A stretch of 64,000 nucleotides of DNA, from positions 57,288,001 through 57,352,000 of the forward strand of contig OX597830.1 of the NCBI GenBank assembly GCA_951406725.2, given 5' to 3'. Below, one piece after another: positions 27,228-40,685 of this stretch. The DNA comes from Octopus vulgaris (Eukaryota). The position numbers and the translations under genes are program-made. How positions within the stretch are numbered: the stretch's first letter is position 1; the number at the start of each line of letters is the position of its first letter. The notes beneath the pieces are model-generated. The model saw nothing but the letters and a program-made list of their open reading frames with translations, was not told where the DNA came from and did not search any database.

Positions 27228-28972
27228 AAGTTTTACATGTAATACTGATATGAACTACTAGAGTTACCTGAAACAAAAGATCATCTCAGATGAAGATTGT
27301 CTTTGAATTACCTTTCATTGAATACTGTTAATAATTATAAGATGAACATGGTTATACTTTCAGGGTGAACTATATAAAATTTGAGTCAATACATTTCTAT
27401 AATGCTTCTATTTCATTCAGCCAATTTATAAATATACAGTCCTTTAATAAGTCAGCTGTAAGAAATTTATTTAATAAAATCAAGTCATTCGATTAGAATT
27501 TAGAAATACAAGCTACCCAAATGGGCAGGGTTCTCAAATGTCATAATTAAAATTCATTGAAATGATATAATTAATGCAGACTTTGCCAAGTGTTATACAT
27601 CCTGATTACACACCAGAAATCTAAATAAGATGAATAATGAAAATCTTAATGAGGTGTAAATCTTCTCAAATAAATACAATTTTTTCCTGTGAGTTATGAG
27701 TTTGTTGTGACAAAAGTTGAATGAATTTTTAAGTGTTTTGAAAGGCAACTGGAGTGTAAAAAGTATCAACTCTAGTATATTATGTAAATTTGTAAAACTA
27801 TCCAACCTATGCTAATATGCTACAGTATAAAGAAAAATCTGATGCAAAATATTGGAAAGTAAAAATAAACCAAAGCCAGGACAATAATTTAATACAAACA
27901 TAGAAATATATTTGAGAATTTCAGAATTTTTCTATAATTGTCTCTTTTTTTCTTTAAAAAAAAACATTCCAACACACAGCTAAATAAAATATAAATATGA
28001 GAATACCAAGAACCGAACTTCTGATTAGACTGTTTTGAGATTCTTGTCAAAAAGAAAAAAAGAATTCACATATCAATGGAGAGAAACAGATGTAAAAGGA
28101 TGGAGGTGTTTCAAGTGGAAATAAATATTGAAGATTTGATTGAATGAAATATGAATTGCAAAATCACTTCAAGGCCTTGAAAAATATGGGTAACAAGTTG
28201 TTTTCCAAAGATATAAGACAGTCCAGACAGATTTTCGCAAGCATGAAGACACTCACTCTAATGGACAGATTCATTTGTACCTTAATGTAACATCACACAT
28301 CCTTCTGAGGAGCTAACACCAAAGACTCCCTCTTTGTGTAATTCTTGAGAAAATTACATTTCAAGTGGGTTCTGTAGAAGCTGCTCAAACACCAGAGGAA
28401 GATTTGAAATCAGCACCATGGTACTTTCCACGTCACAGAGATGGATGAGGCCATTGAGAGTTAAATGCCATTGTTAAGAATGGTGTACCAACCCCTAGCT
28501 GACATGGATAGTTACAACCACAGCTTCCTTACACTTGCAGAAACCATTTCACTTCCATAGCCATTACAAAAATATTGAAATTGAAAAATATTTTTGAAAT
28601 ACTCTATGAAAAAAAAAAAGAAAACACTAGAAATAAAAGAAGAGAAAAATAGTTGAAATATTCAAAATGAATGTTCTGGATTGAGGAATAATGCAAAGAA
28701 CTGTCTGCTTACTGTGATCCAACCCAGAGAGGCACATACTGATTGTTTCAGAACAAATAAACAAAAAATGATGTCTAAAGATTTTTTTGAACAGTTTTAA
28801 AATTCTTTAAAAGATAATCTTAAACTGGACAACTTGTCAAGGCACAAAACCAGGGTCTTTTTTTTTTTTGTTTGTTTTTTTACAAGCAATACTTGGTGAG
28901 AAGATGAAAGAAATGATTCATTATCTTTTCTACATGAGATTCACTTATGAAAAAAAAAATCAACAAAAAGAA

Positions 28973-29010
<38 letters not shown>

Positions 29011-30791
29011 TAATAATATTAATAATGAATTTCAGTTAATTTTTCTGTGTGTGTATGACTGTAATGTGTATGTGCATGAGTGCTTACGTATGTATGTACA
29101 ATTTACTTGTTGAAAATCTATTTGGAGTGAAACAGCAAACATTATAAGTTTGATATAAATACACAGATTATGTGAAGTGAAGGCCAGCAAGTAGTTTTAA
29201 GAACAACTTTGCAATTATTACATAATTAACAAATTGTAATTTTGTTGCTCACTAAAGGTTAGAAAAAAATTTTTTTTAAATAATAACAGATTCCCTCTTT
29301 GTTAGAAAGAGGGTAACAAATTTTTGATAAGACACATAATTTGAAATTTCATTGAATTTCATTTCAAATTTTTTTTTTTTTAATTTTCATTCAAAAGAAA
29401 ATATGTAAAATTTGTTCAATATCTAGTTTCAATAATTTTACCACATCATTGGAAGCCTTTGATTTTGATACCGTTTTCTTTTGATTACATAACCCCACCA
29501 ATTCTCCAAATCTCTATCCATTAACTGTGAAATTAATATGGTGTGTGTACAGCAAAGATAGAATAGAGAAAATATATTAATAAGATAGAAATAAGAACAT
29601 ATCCTGTAGACAAATACAGGAAGATTTTGTGTATTCTAGCCCATGGAGGATAAAGGATATTAATTATATCTAATTTACTCTAATTTACACAGGAAGACAT
29701 TATGTTGCTCTAGTCATGCAAACATGAAAATATGGATGCAAAACAGCAGGGAAAAAAAATAAATAACCTTCCTTTAATTTATGTAGTAGAAAAATCAGTA
29801 TTGCTTTGTATGCTTATTATAAAGGCGAGGAAATATATTTTGTACTTTTATATAGAAGGGAGAAACTAAGTTATTCTGATTATCTAAATTGTATTGGGTG
29901 TTAAAGTGACAGAAATTTGATGTAAAATATCACTTTTTTTTTTTAGATCAATAATATAAAGTGAAGAGATTGAAACAGAATACTGGCAAAAGAGGGAGGG
30001 GTGAGAGATGAATATACTTCCTTCAATTTTAACATTCCTTCTTTTTATTTTGTAAATGTTTTCTGTTTTCTCTGTAACTAAAGGCACTGAGTTTAGGTTC
30101 TGAGTTCTACCTTCAAATATTTATCAAAGACCCACTGTGTGAAGATAATACTGGATTGGGTGAGATATAGAGAGTGAGAAAGAGAAATAGAAAGACTAGC
30201 CCTCTGAGATGACAGTCAGCAAAAACTAAAGAGAAGAAACTTTTTTTTAGTTTTTAAACTTTTTACAAAATTCTGTTTGTTGGGTAATGAAAGGCCAAAA
30301 CACTACAGCTATAATATCGTAAAACAAAGCAATTCTATATCAGTTAAAAGCCAAATGATAATAAAATACATTTCAAGTGGCATTTAAGATGCCCAGATCA
30401 CAAATAGAAGATACTGTTAAAACACAGCATTGTTTTATATTTTTAAGTATTTTTTTTAATTCTGTCCCCCGTCCCCCCACTTCCTTTTCAAAGGATTTTT
30501 AGGTTTCCAATATCTTCATAACATTTTTGTCTTGTCTCTCTTTCTCTGTTCTTTCTCTTCCTTTTTTTTTTTCTGAAAAAAATTCCATTATTCACAATTC
30601 TTTCTTCACTCTGGTTTTACATCTCCCAATGATATGAAAGCAACTTTTTATAAATTTGATAATTCAAAGAAGAAAAAAAAAAGTAAACCAAAATGATAGA
30701 GAGAGCGAATGAGAGTGAGAGAGAGAATGAGAGTGAGAGAGAAAAGCACTAAAAAAAATATTAACTTGCTAAATATTCAAAATGGAAAATG

Positions 30792-32139
30792 TTATAAGTT
30801 TATATACGTGATCATTTCCTCTTGGTTAGGGGGTGTGGGGTTGGTATAGGGTTGAGGGGGTGCATACATTTGGCTGTTACTGATGTAATCCTGTCTCATG
30901 ACCATCGTATCCTGGGCATAATAAGGCTGTTGTGCATCAACATTGCTCAGGAAATTCTCTTGTTTTCTGTAGGTGAATGACTGGCCATTGTATGTACAAA
31001 ACTGCTGCGGTGGGACTTGATTTGCAGGATACAGATTGGTAAATTCCTGCTTCACTTGTACTTCACTTGGGTTTGGATTGGGGAGGTGGTTAGAGTTAGC
31101 AGCACTATTGCTATTGGTGCTGCTATTGCTGCCAAAAGGTTCCAATTGATGGTTTGTTCTATTTAAATTAATCACAACAGGCTTGGTATCCACGTTTGTT
31201 TGATTTGGGTATGGTGTTGGCAAAGACAAAGACACGCTGTTTGTAAGGTTGCAGTTGCTCGGTAACTTGACAGCAACACTTGTGTTAGTGACACCAGAAG
31301 ATGTGGTGGAAACTAAGTTGATATCATTTGATATTGAAGAATTGATATCACAGGTGTTAATAGGATTAGGCACTGGCCCAAGGCCATTCTCTGCTATAAC
31401 ACCACCATTATATAAAAGTGCAGTGTTGCCATCACACATGAGTGCTGCTGGAGCTGGTGGTAACGGTGGTTTGCAGGTAAGGGTGTGCTTCTTAAGTTGC
31501 TTTGAATATGAAAAAGACTTTTTACAGCTTTTACACTGAAACGGCTGTTCACCTGTATGAGTCCTCTGGTGAACAACCAAATTACTGCTACGAGCAAATG
31601 TTTTGTCACAGAAGGAACAGCTGAAAGGCTTCTCACCCGTGTGAGTGCGGATGTGTAATGTTAAGTTGTATGTGCGAGGAAATTTCTTTTTACAATATTT
31701 GCACTCAAAAGAATTCACTTTATGCGACCGAGTGTGTTCCCTTAATTCACTGAAGCAGGTGGCTGTCTTTTCACAGTACTGACACTGATACAGCTTGTCT
31801 CGATTGTGCTGGGTTTTGATGTGCTGGGTCAGCCCATACAGTCGAGACAGGGTTTTCTTGCAATACTCACAGGTGTAGCGTTTTTCTCCGCTACTATTTG
31901 TAGTACAAGCACCACCAACAGTGCTAGCGCTGCTACATCGACTGCTATTCAGGTTGTCACACTCAGAAGGGTGTTGCATCTTCATGTGTTGTTGCAGCTC
32001 CTCAGAACTATAAAATGTCTTTTGGCAGTGCTTGCACACTAATAGCTTCGCTTGAAGCTGTTCTGTTTTGGTGTCCAGAAGCTGTGAGAATCCAGGTGGT
32101 TGGCCAGCATTTATATCTGCTGCCATGCGTTGATGGTGG

Positions 32140-32174
<35 letters not shown>

Positions 32175-33203
32175 TGGATGAGTTTGGTGAGGAGGAAGAG
32201 GAGGTGGTGGTGGTGGAGGAGGGGCATGCTGACCAAATTCCAGCTGTCTGGCAGTGTTGCTATCAATTGATTGATTAAAGTCAATTTGGTTTTGAGGCTG
32301 AGGGAGATGCTGCAATGTTTGCGAAAAACTTATCTCTTCGATTTTCGGTTCAACTAGATGCTGCTGCTGCTGCTGTTGCTGTTGTTGTTGTTGCTGTTGC
32401 TGTTGTTGTTGCTGGGTTTGGAAATCCAAAGACATAGTTTTCACTTGTTCTGGAGAAGCAAAGTCAACCTGGCCAGGTGTTCCCACAGAATTGTTTACCT
32501 GTGAAACAAAATCTAATTGTTCGGTCTTGAGTTTCACTGGTTCATTAAAATTTAATTGTTCCAACTTGTTTTCATTATGCTGAATGAGATCTATCTGTTC
32601 AGCGTCTCCCATTGATTGTGCAAATCCAAATTGGCTGATTGTTTGGACTTTATCATCCACAGAGACAGACTGGTTAAAGTCAAGCTGCTGTTTGCTTAAC
32701 TGCTCAAAATCTAAATCAGACTTCTCGCTCTTCACCATTTCACTGAAGTCAATTTGCTCTTGTTTTACAACGGAACTCAAATTATTTATGTCCTCTGGTT
32801 CATTCTTTATTTGAACTGGGAAGGACAACTGTTGTGCTGCCACTACATCTAACTGCTCAGGGAATTCAAGAGTTCCTGATTTCAAATCCATTTGATGAGA
32901 GAACTCTATATCTAACTTACCAGTTTGTGATGTGGGAAACTGAATTGTTGCAGTATCATCACCTGTTGGCTGCTGCGGAATAAACATCAGGTGACTCGCA
33001 TCTGCACCTTGGATTATATGAGTCTGCTGAGCAAAGTCAAACTGTGTGACATCAATTTGTGGGAACTGTGTTGGTGAGCGCTGCGAAGGTTGTTGAACAT
33101 AATTCAGCTGACCAACAGTAATGGACGTTGGATCTGAGTTTCGTACAAAGTTACTTGCAGTTGGGAATGTCTGTAAGAAAGGTTTTTCAGTTTTAAAAGA
33201 CAT
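30792..33203 (-). CDS. C2H2 zinc-finger transcription factor, 803 aa, single coding exon
   Basis: Long intact ORF with 5 C2H2 fingers and a terminal C2HC finger (~31472-32037), TGEKPF/TGEQPF linkers, polyQ, polyP and polyH tracts. Confidence 0.95.
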
Positions 33204-33311
33204 CGTGACCAGTATTTGTAGCAGCTGGTTTCACTCATAAGCAGGAACTTATAAAAGAGTTTACACACTGTGGATGATTTCAATGTTGAGACAGCAGCAT
33301 GAAGTTGGATT

Positions 33312-33330
33312 CCTGAAATGATACAAAAAG
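33312..33330 (-). other. Splice acceptor of the ZNF coding exon
   Basis: Minus strand CTTTTTGTATCATTTCAG|GAATCC, ~110 nt upstream of the ATG, implying non-coding 5' exon(s) further right. Confidence 0.7.
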
Positions 33331-33713
33331 ATACTTCAGTATCTCAGGTAGAAATAGACAAATGGATATATAACAGACAAATATAAAATTGATCTGGCCA
33401 GGCTGAACATAAAACAGGTTGAACATTTTGACCAGGTATGGCTAGTTTAAATGCTAAAGGCCTAAAACATCAATAAATTTCATTCTGTTATCACAGGATA
33501 ACAATGGAAAATGATCTTGAAATAACATTTATTCAAATGCATAGAGAAAATATTTTAAAGATAGGTGATACATCAAGTTTTGAAATCACATTGATAGCTT
33601 TAGTATGAGTATTGCTTGTATCATTGAAAATTAGATATCTGGATATCCTTGCAATAATAATGTTTCTTATTCTATGCTTCTATGCTAACATGATATAGGA
33701 CTGTTACTAACCA

Positions 33714-34282
33714 CAGGTATGATACACAAGTTAACTGACCATAAAGTCTGACCAACCCTAATGAATGAAACTGCAGGTATGTAATGGTTTGATACAGGTG
33801 TAAGTATTCCCTTGGTATAAGTGATCCCCTTTTCTTTTTTTTTTTTCATCCTTATATTTGATAACAATTTAAATAATTCTTATATTCTACCCATTAATTC
33901 ATACATCCAGCAGGTGTTTTCTGCTGATCAGATATTCACCTTCACAAACCATATTTTCCATTGTGGATTAAGATTAAGCAAAGAGTAGATGAGACATGCT
34001 CTAATAGACAGGTGATATCCAGCTAAAAACTGAGTATCTTCTTCAATTAACTACAACCTATTATAAATTGCAGGTGACTCAAGAAGTCAGCCGCAATTGA
34101 TGATTGATTACAGGTGACTCTAGAAACCCAAAATGTTCACCCAATCTGACAAAACATCAATCAATATGAATGCAACAATCTCATCAACATCAAAAAGACA
34201 GGTAAAATTCTCTCTCTCTCTCCATGTCTAGCAACAGCATTCTGAATGATAGTTTTGCTGAGTTTATCAATGTAATCAGGTA
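33714..34282 (+). promoter_or_regulatory. Homotypic cluster of nine CAGGTR motifs
   Basis: CAGGTA/CAGGTG at 33714, 33774, 33795, 33911, 34009, 34071, 34111, 34199, 34277, all on the same strand. Confidence 0.45.
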
Positions 34283-35585
34283 AATGCTATTTTAAGCGAT
34301 GGGATACAAGCCAGAGGTTAAGGTCTTACATTCCTAGCCATATACACAAACCAACAGCATCACTGTAGATGCAATGCAATCAACAAACAAGGGCAGATGT
34401 AGTTTGATTTCTAAACAAAATAGTGATTGAAGTGAATGATTCTCTGGACTTTGCACGGTAAATGTCACAGAATAACAAATGTTGTAATTAAAATGTGGAC
34501 AATATAGCCCTGAGAATAATCAATCACAATAACAATAGATGACAAATGCCTAAAGACAAACTCTTACCACTTCAGTCAGACAACAGAAAAATAGAAAATC
34601 ACAGTCCAGTTTGTATAAAAACATAGAAACGGATACGAATGAACCTAAACTGAAAGCATCTCAGCATCCAGATTCTTCTTGTCAAATGTAATGCTTACAT
34701 CTAATCACATTGTTTTTAATTAATCCCACATTATCCAATAGCTTTGAGATTTCAATGATGAGATTGTTTATTTTTAGAATGACATTGTAGGGTAGGTGTG
34801 AGGGGCTAGACCTGGTCAGTTTGAATAGAAATCGAGTAGAATTTGAGAATCAAATCAACTGTCATAGAATACCAATATATTGGTAAAGATTAATAAGAAG
34901 GCACAAAATCAAAATTATGTTTATGTTGCAGAGGCCTCTTTAAACATACAACAAAAAGCTAAAACAACACAAAGTGCATTGTGACCAATGATGTTTAACA
35001 GCATTCAATAGTCTGGTCGATCACATGATAATATGATATATATACTATGTATGTATCACCATTGCCATCATCATTGTTTAACATCCGCTTTCCATGCTGG
35101 CATGGGTTGGATGGTTCGAGTGAGAACTGGCAAGTTGGGAGGCTGCGCCAGGTTCCAATCTGATTTGGCAAGGTTTCTACAGCTGGAGACCCTTCCTAAT
35201 GCCAACCACTCCAAGAGTGTAGTGGGCGCTTTTAGTGTATAAGGTTACATGTGTGTGCAGCTGTGTGAATGTTTAAATTCTGTGGCTACACATGAAACCA
35301 TTTGAGCAGCACAAAGCAATGTATTTGTGACACACCCAGTTAAGAAACCATGCTGTGTAGCTTTGAATTCTCAATGCCTTACTTGTAATACAAATAAGGG
35401 ATTTTTGTAATAAAAATAAGAATTGATGACAGACAATGAGACAAACTGTAAAACACTAGATCAAAATACGTCTCCATCCGACTCCTGCAAACATAGCAAT
35501 CTGATGTTAAGCAAAAAAATATATAAAAATATATTGGTCCATGCTTGCATGGATGAGAGGCATTAAAGGATTATCATGATATATC

Positions 35586-35853
35586 TCTTTTCTTTTTTAC
35601 TTGTTTCCCTCATTAGACTGTGTCAATGCTGGGGCACTGCACTGGAGGGTCTTTGGTGGAATGAATCAACCCCAGTGCTTTTTTTTTTCCTACTAGTTGT
35701 CAAGCAGCAGCAGGGAACAAATACGGACGGGGACATACACACACACAACAGGCTTCTTTCAGTTTCCATCTACCAAATTCACTTACAAAGCTTTGATCAC
35801 AAAACACCACTCGGTTGGAAAGCAAGCTTCTTACAACACAGCCATTCCTGTGT
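35586..35853 (-). mobile_element. SINE family A, internally deleted
   Basis: Head CAGCCATTCCTG, body GGCTTCTTTCAGTTTCC, tail GCTGGGGCAC. Confidence 0.75.
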
Positions 35854-36583
35854 GTGGGAAGTACACACACGCACATACACAAATACATACATTCACATAT
35901 ATTAAGCTGTATGTACACACACACACACATATATATATGTTTATACACACAAACATATATTTTGTACACATAATATATCTGTGTTACATAATCATGAACA
36001 GATTTACAAGAAATGCTATGTAATTATATACCTGCACACGTGATCGAAATTGCACAGGTGTGTTTGTTTTTAAGGAGACTTGCATATTTGGATCCTGCAA
36101 TTAATACCCATATTTATGCACGGGTATAAAAACGTGTAAAGTAACAAACACGTACAAGCAGTGTATATATATATATATATATGTTCCAAAATGTACACCC
36201 CACACACACACACGTATACACAATTACATAATTGAGAACTTCTCAGAATGTGTGCACATGTAGGAATTAATGTTAATACAAATGTACAGACACATAAGAC
36301 ATGCACAGAAAATATATATTTTCATAAACAGCCCCACCAACACTACCATCATTATCACCATCATCATGTAGGTGTGTGTGTGTTTGAAGAGAGTATTTTG
36401 TGTACATGTAACGAGATGTATGTATACATGTATGAAGGTATCTGAGTACATTAGAATGTGTGTGTATGTATGTATGAATGTGTGTGTAAATAAATATATA
36501 TATATATATATGTATATATATGATGATGATATATATATATATATATATATAATGTATATATATATATATATGGTGATGATAAC

Positions 36584-37230
36584 ATCATCATCATTGTTTA
36601 ACGTCCACTTTCTGCGCTAGCACGGGTTGGACGGTTCGACCGGGGTCTGGGAAGCCAGGGCCTGCACTAGGCTCCAGTCTGATCTGGCAGTATTACTACA
36701 GCTGGATGCCCTTCCTAACGCCAACCACTCCGCAAGTGTAGTGGGTGCTTTTTACGTGCCACCTGCACAGGTGCCAGGGGGGTCTAGCATCGGCCACAAT
36801 CGGTTGGTGCTTTTAACGTGCCACTGGCACGGAAGCCAGCCAAGGCGGCGCTGGCATCGGCCACGTTCGGATGGTGCTTTTTTATGTGCCACCGGCACAG
36901 AAGCCAGTCGAGGCGGCGCTGGCAACGGCCACGTTCGGATGGCACTTTTTATGTGCCACCGGCACAGAAGCCAGTCGAGGCGGCGCTGGCATCGGCCGCG
37001 TTCGGATGGTGCTTTTTATGTGCCACCGGCACAGAAGCCAGTCGAGGCGGCGCTGGCATCGGCCGCGTTCGGATGGTGCTTTTTATGTGCCACCGGCACA
37101 GAAGCCAGTCGAGGCGGCGCTGGCAACGGCCACGTTCAGATGGTGCTTTTTATGTGCCACCGGCACAGGTATCAAAACTACTATTTCCATTGATATTTGC
37201 ACTTGACTCAACAGGTCTCCTCAAGCACAG
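36584..37230 (-). mobile_element. Repeat family C, young, with expanded 67-bp minisatellite
   Basis: Family C ends; GTGCCAC-initiated units at 36756, 36818, 36886, 36953, 37020, 37087, 37154. Confidence 0.9.
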
Positions 37231-37752
37231 CGAGATGTTCTGGGATCTAAGGACATATAAGGACATTTATCTCCATGTGCAATGGGATGTATATGTACAT
37301 ATAACAATATATATAGAAATGTGAAATGGGATATATGTCTAATTAAGGGCCAATCCCAATATCCACCACCATCTTAGCCCCCCCCACACACACAATATGT
37401 ATATATTTTTATATCAGGTTTTAATTTTAGGGGCAAGGATGTTCAAGTACAATATGTGATGTTCATGCCTTACCCAAATACTGTTTTCACAATTTGGCAC
37501 AAGGCCAGCAATTTCACAAGATAGGGTAAGTTCAACTGACATTTATTTTATCAATCCCAGGAGAAAAGGAAAATGTGACTTGGTGGAATATGAACCGGTC
37601 AGAGCATAAAGACAAATAAAATGTCGCTAATCATTTTGCCCAGTATGATAACGAGTCTGTCAATTCACTGCCAAATATTAGCTACACAACAAAATTGAAA
37701 TAGCTTCAACCAGAAATTGAAGCTATAGTTGTACAAATAAGTGTTTGTGTGT

Positions 37753-37784
<32 letters not shown>

Positions 37785-37872
37785 AACACCATTTTAGTTT
37801 AACATCTATGTATGTGTATATAGTGGTTTTATCTCTAATTTAATTTAAATATATATATATATATTTACTGTT

Positions 37873-38097
37873 GGTGAGCTGGCAGAATCATTAACACGCC
37901 GGACAAAATGCTTAATGGTATTTCATCTGCTGTTAAGTTCTGAGTTCAAATTCTGCCGAAGTTAATTTGCCTGTCATCCTTTCGGGGTTGATTAAATAAG
38001 TACCAGTTATGCACTGGGGTCAATGTAATCGACTTAATCCCTTTGTCTGTCCTTGTTTGTCCCCTCTGTGTTTAGACCCCTGTGGGCAATAAAGAAA
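37873..38097 (+). mobile_element. SINE family B
   Basis: Colinear with 24664-24890; a minus-strand copy lies at ~37490-37672. Confidence 0.85.
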
Positions 38098-38453
38098 TAT
38101 ATATATTTATTGTTGCGCATCCCTGTTTTAGAATAGGTACACTATTTTGAAAGGGGCTAAAATGGTTAGCAACAAGAAGGGTACTTTATTATAAACTTCA
38201 GCCTCAGCACCAAATATCTATGCCAGCAGAGAAAAGTAAATGTCAAAATGCTGACAATTTTTTACATCCATTTTTGTCATGGGTTGGACAAACTAATTAT
38301 TGAGGTGTGACCTGACAGTTGCATGCTCTTCCGATCACCAAGCACAGAAGTACAAGGTATTTGGTGACAGGGAATGTTTAACATGATACCACCACTTGAG
38401 CAAAGGTATTGCAGAATATAATCATTCACACAGATATATACACACAGTTTATA

Positions 38454-38485
<32 letters not shown>

Positions 38486-38487
38486 TA

Positions 38488-38850
38488 TGGTGGTTGTCTA
38501 CTCCTTATGCAGATTCTGACTGCCTCCTGTACCTACACCTGAGAACCATCATGGCATCTGTTGTGACTTTTTAAACCAGGCAATGTATTGAAAAGCTGCA
38601 GTAAGTTCTGATCTTTGTGGATCTTAAAATGTCTTTCGAGGCCTCCATTAGATTTGCAGACCTTATGGCACATATAGTGAAAAAACGGTATGGACGATTT
38701 GTTTTGGAGTCTAATAATACCATGTACGCCTGTGAAGATTTACAAACATACTTTCCCAATGAAACTCGGTTTTTTCTCAAACCTTTTATAATGTGATGCA
38801 AGTCTTTGGTGTAGCAATGGCACACGGCTGAAGAAGGCTTTTGATCCATC
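38488..38850 (-). mobile_element. RTE-like LINE 3' end
   Basis: CHKVCKSNGGLERHFKIH; same terminus as 25402-25716, abutting (TA)n. Confidence 0.7.
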
Positions 38851-38956
38851 TGTTATATCGATTATGCATTCATGTAAAAATAAGTTGTTCTATAAAGCCG
38901 GAAACATATGTACCACAACATCCTTTGCATCTTGCTTTTCATTTATTTCATTTGAT

Positions 38957-39011
<55 letters not shown>

Positions 39012-39058
39012 TCTGTAAATATAAACCATCCGATCTTCTGATTACCTCATTTCTTCTA

Positions 39059-39090
<32 letters not shown>

Positions 39091-39486
39091 GGGGGAGGAG
39101 ACAGACAGACAGAAAAAGATTATTTTGTATATTTTATTTGTTTCAGTCATTAGACTGCGGCCATGCTGGAGCACTGCCGCGAAGAATTTTTAATCAAATG
39201 AATCAACCCCACTATTTGTTTATATTTTTTTAAAGCCTCGTACTTATTTTATTGGTCTCTCTTTGTTTTGTGATTTGCTTTTTCATTCTTTCATTTTTTG
39301 TCTCTTGTTTATCATTAGGCAGTGGCCATGCTGGGGCACCACCACAAAGGGTTTCAGTTGAATAAATTGACCTCAGTACTTATTTTTTGATATCTGGTAT
39401 TTGCTGTATTGCTCTCTTTGCTGAACTGCCAAGTTATGGGGGCAAAAACAAACCAACACTGGATGTCAAGTGGTGCATGCATATCT

Positions 39487-39889
39487 TTTATTTTTTACTC
39501 GTTTCAGTCATTAGGCTGTGGCCATGCTGGAGCACTGTCTTGAAGAGCTTTTAGTTGAATGAATCAATCCCAATACATATAAAACTGGTACATATTCTAT
39601 CAGTCTCTCTTTGCCGAACTGCAAGGTTATGGGGACATAAACATACCAGGCAATGATGGGAAGGGGGCAAACACAGACAGAAAGATACACACATACACAC
39701 ACACATACATGCATGCATATATTTTTGACAGGCTTCTTTCAGTTTCCATCAACCAGATCCACTCACAAGATATTGGTCAGCCCAAGATTACAGTAGAAGA
39801 CACTTGCCCAAGGTTCCACACAGTGAGACGGAACCCAGAACCATGTGGTCAGGAAGCAAACTTCTTACCACAAAGCCACGCCCTGCACC
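39487..39889 (-). mobile_element. SINE family A (further tail fragments at 39130-39475)
   Basis: Complete reverse-complement head, CORE and tail. Confidence 0.8.
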
Positions 39890-39996
39890 TGTATATTTTA
39901 ATCAAGATTCTTCCTAATTCTGACAAATATAATTCCTTGACAGAATCATGCCATCATCATAACAGAAACCACAATCCATTTCAGAAAATTTCTTTA

Positions 39997-40685
39997 AGCT
40001 TGCTTCTCAACCACATGGTTACAGGTTCAGTCCCACTGCATGGCACCTTGGGCAAATGTCTTTTACTGTCACTCTGGGCCAACCAAAGACTGTGAGTGGA
40101 TTTGGCAGACATAAACTTGAAGACTGTACAAAGGTGTGTGTGCATGTGTGTGTGTGTGTGTGTGTGTGCATTTGTCTCCTGCTCCCCACTACTTGACATC
40201 ATCATCATCATCATTTAATGTCTGCGTTCCATGTTGGCATGGGTTGGATAGTTTGACTGAGGACTAGCAAGGTAGGCAGCTGCACCAGGCTCCAATCTGA
40301 TCTGACAGAGTTTCTACAGCTGGATGCCCTTCCTAACACCAAGCACTCCAAGAGTGTAGTGGGTGCCTTTTATGTCCCACTGGCACTGGAGCCAGTCAGG
40401 TGGCACTGGAACCAGCCAGGTGGCACTGGCATCAACTATGCTCGAACGGTGCTTTTCATGTGCCACTGGCACTGGAGCCAGTCAGGTGGCACTGGCATCA
40501 ACTACGCTCGAACGGTGCTTTTTATGTGCCACTGGCACTGGAGCCAGTCATTTGTTTGCATTCCCGTAACTTAGCGGTTCAGGAAAAGAAACCAACAGAA
40601 TAAATAAACGACTTAAAAATAGAAAGTGTTGGAGTCAACTTACTCGACAAAAACTCTTCGAGGCAGTGCCCCAGCATGGCCAGAG
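39997..40685 (+). mobile_element. SINE family A with nested family C element (40197-40549)
   Basis: A body stops at ACTTGACA and resumes TTTGTTTGCATTCCCGTAACTTAGCGG after the C insert. Confidence 0.8.

Noticed and set aside
31249-32814. Plus-strand and alternative-frame ORFs overlapping the ZNF CDS
   Set aside because: Shadow ORFs of the real gene
30792-33203. Assigning a snail or scratch gene symbol
   Set aside because: No SNAG motif and no RPWLLQGH recognition helix
36627-37324. Three overlapping repetitive ORFs; CRISPR-like periodicity
   Set aside because: 67-bp minisatellite with no unique spacers, open in all frames, in a eukaryotic context with no cas genes
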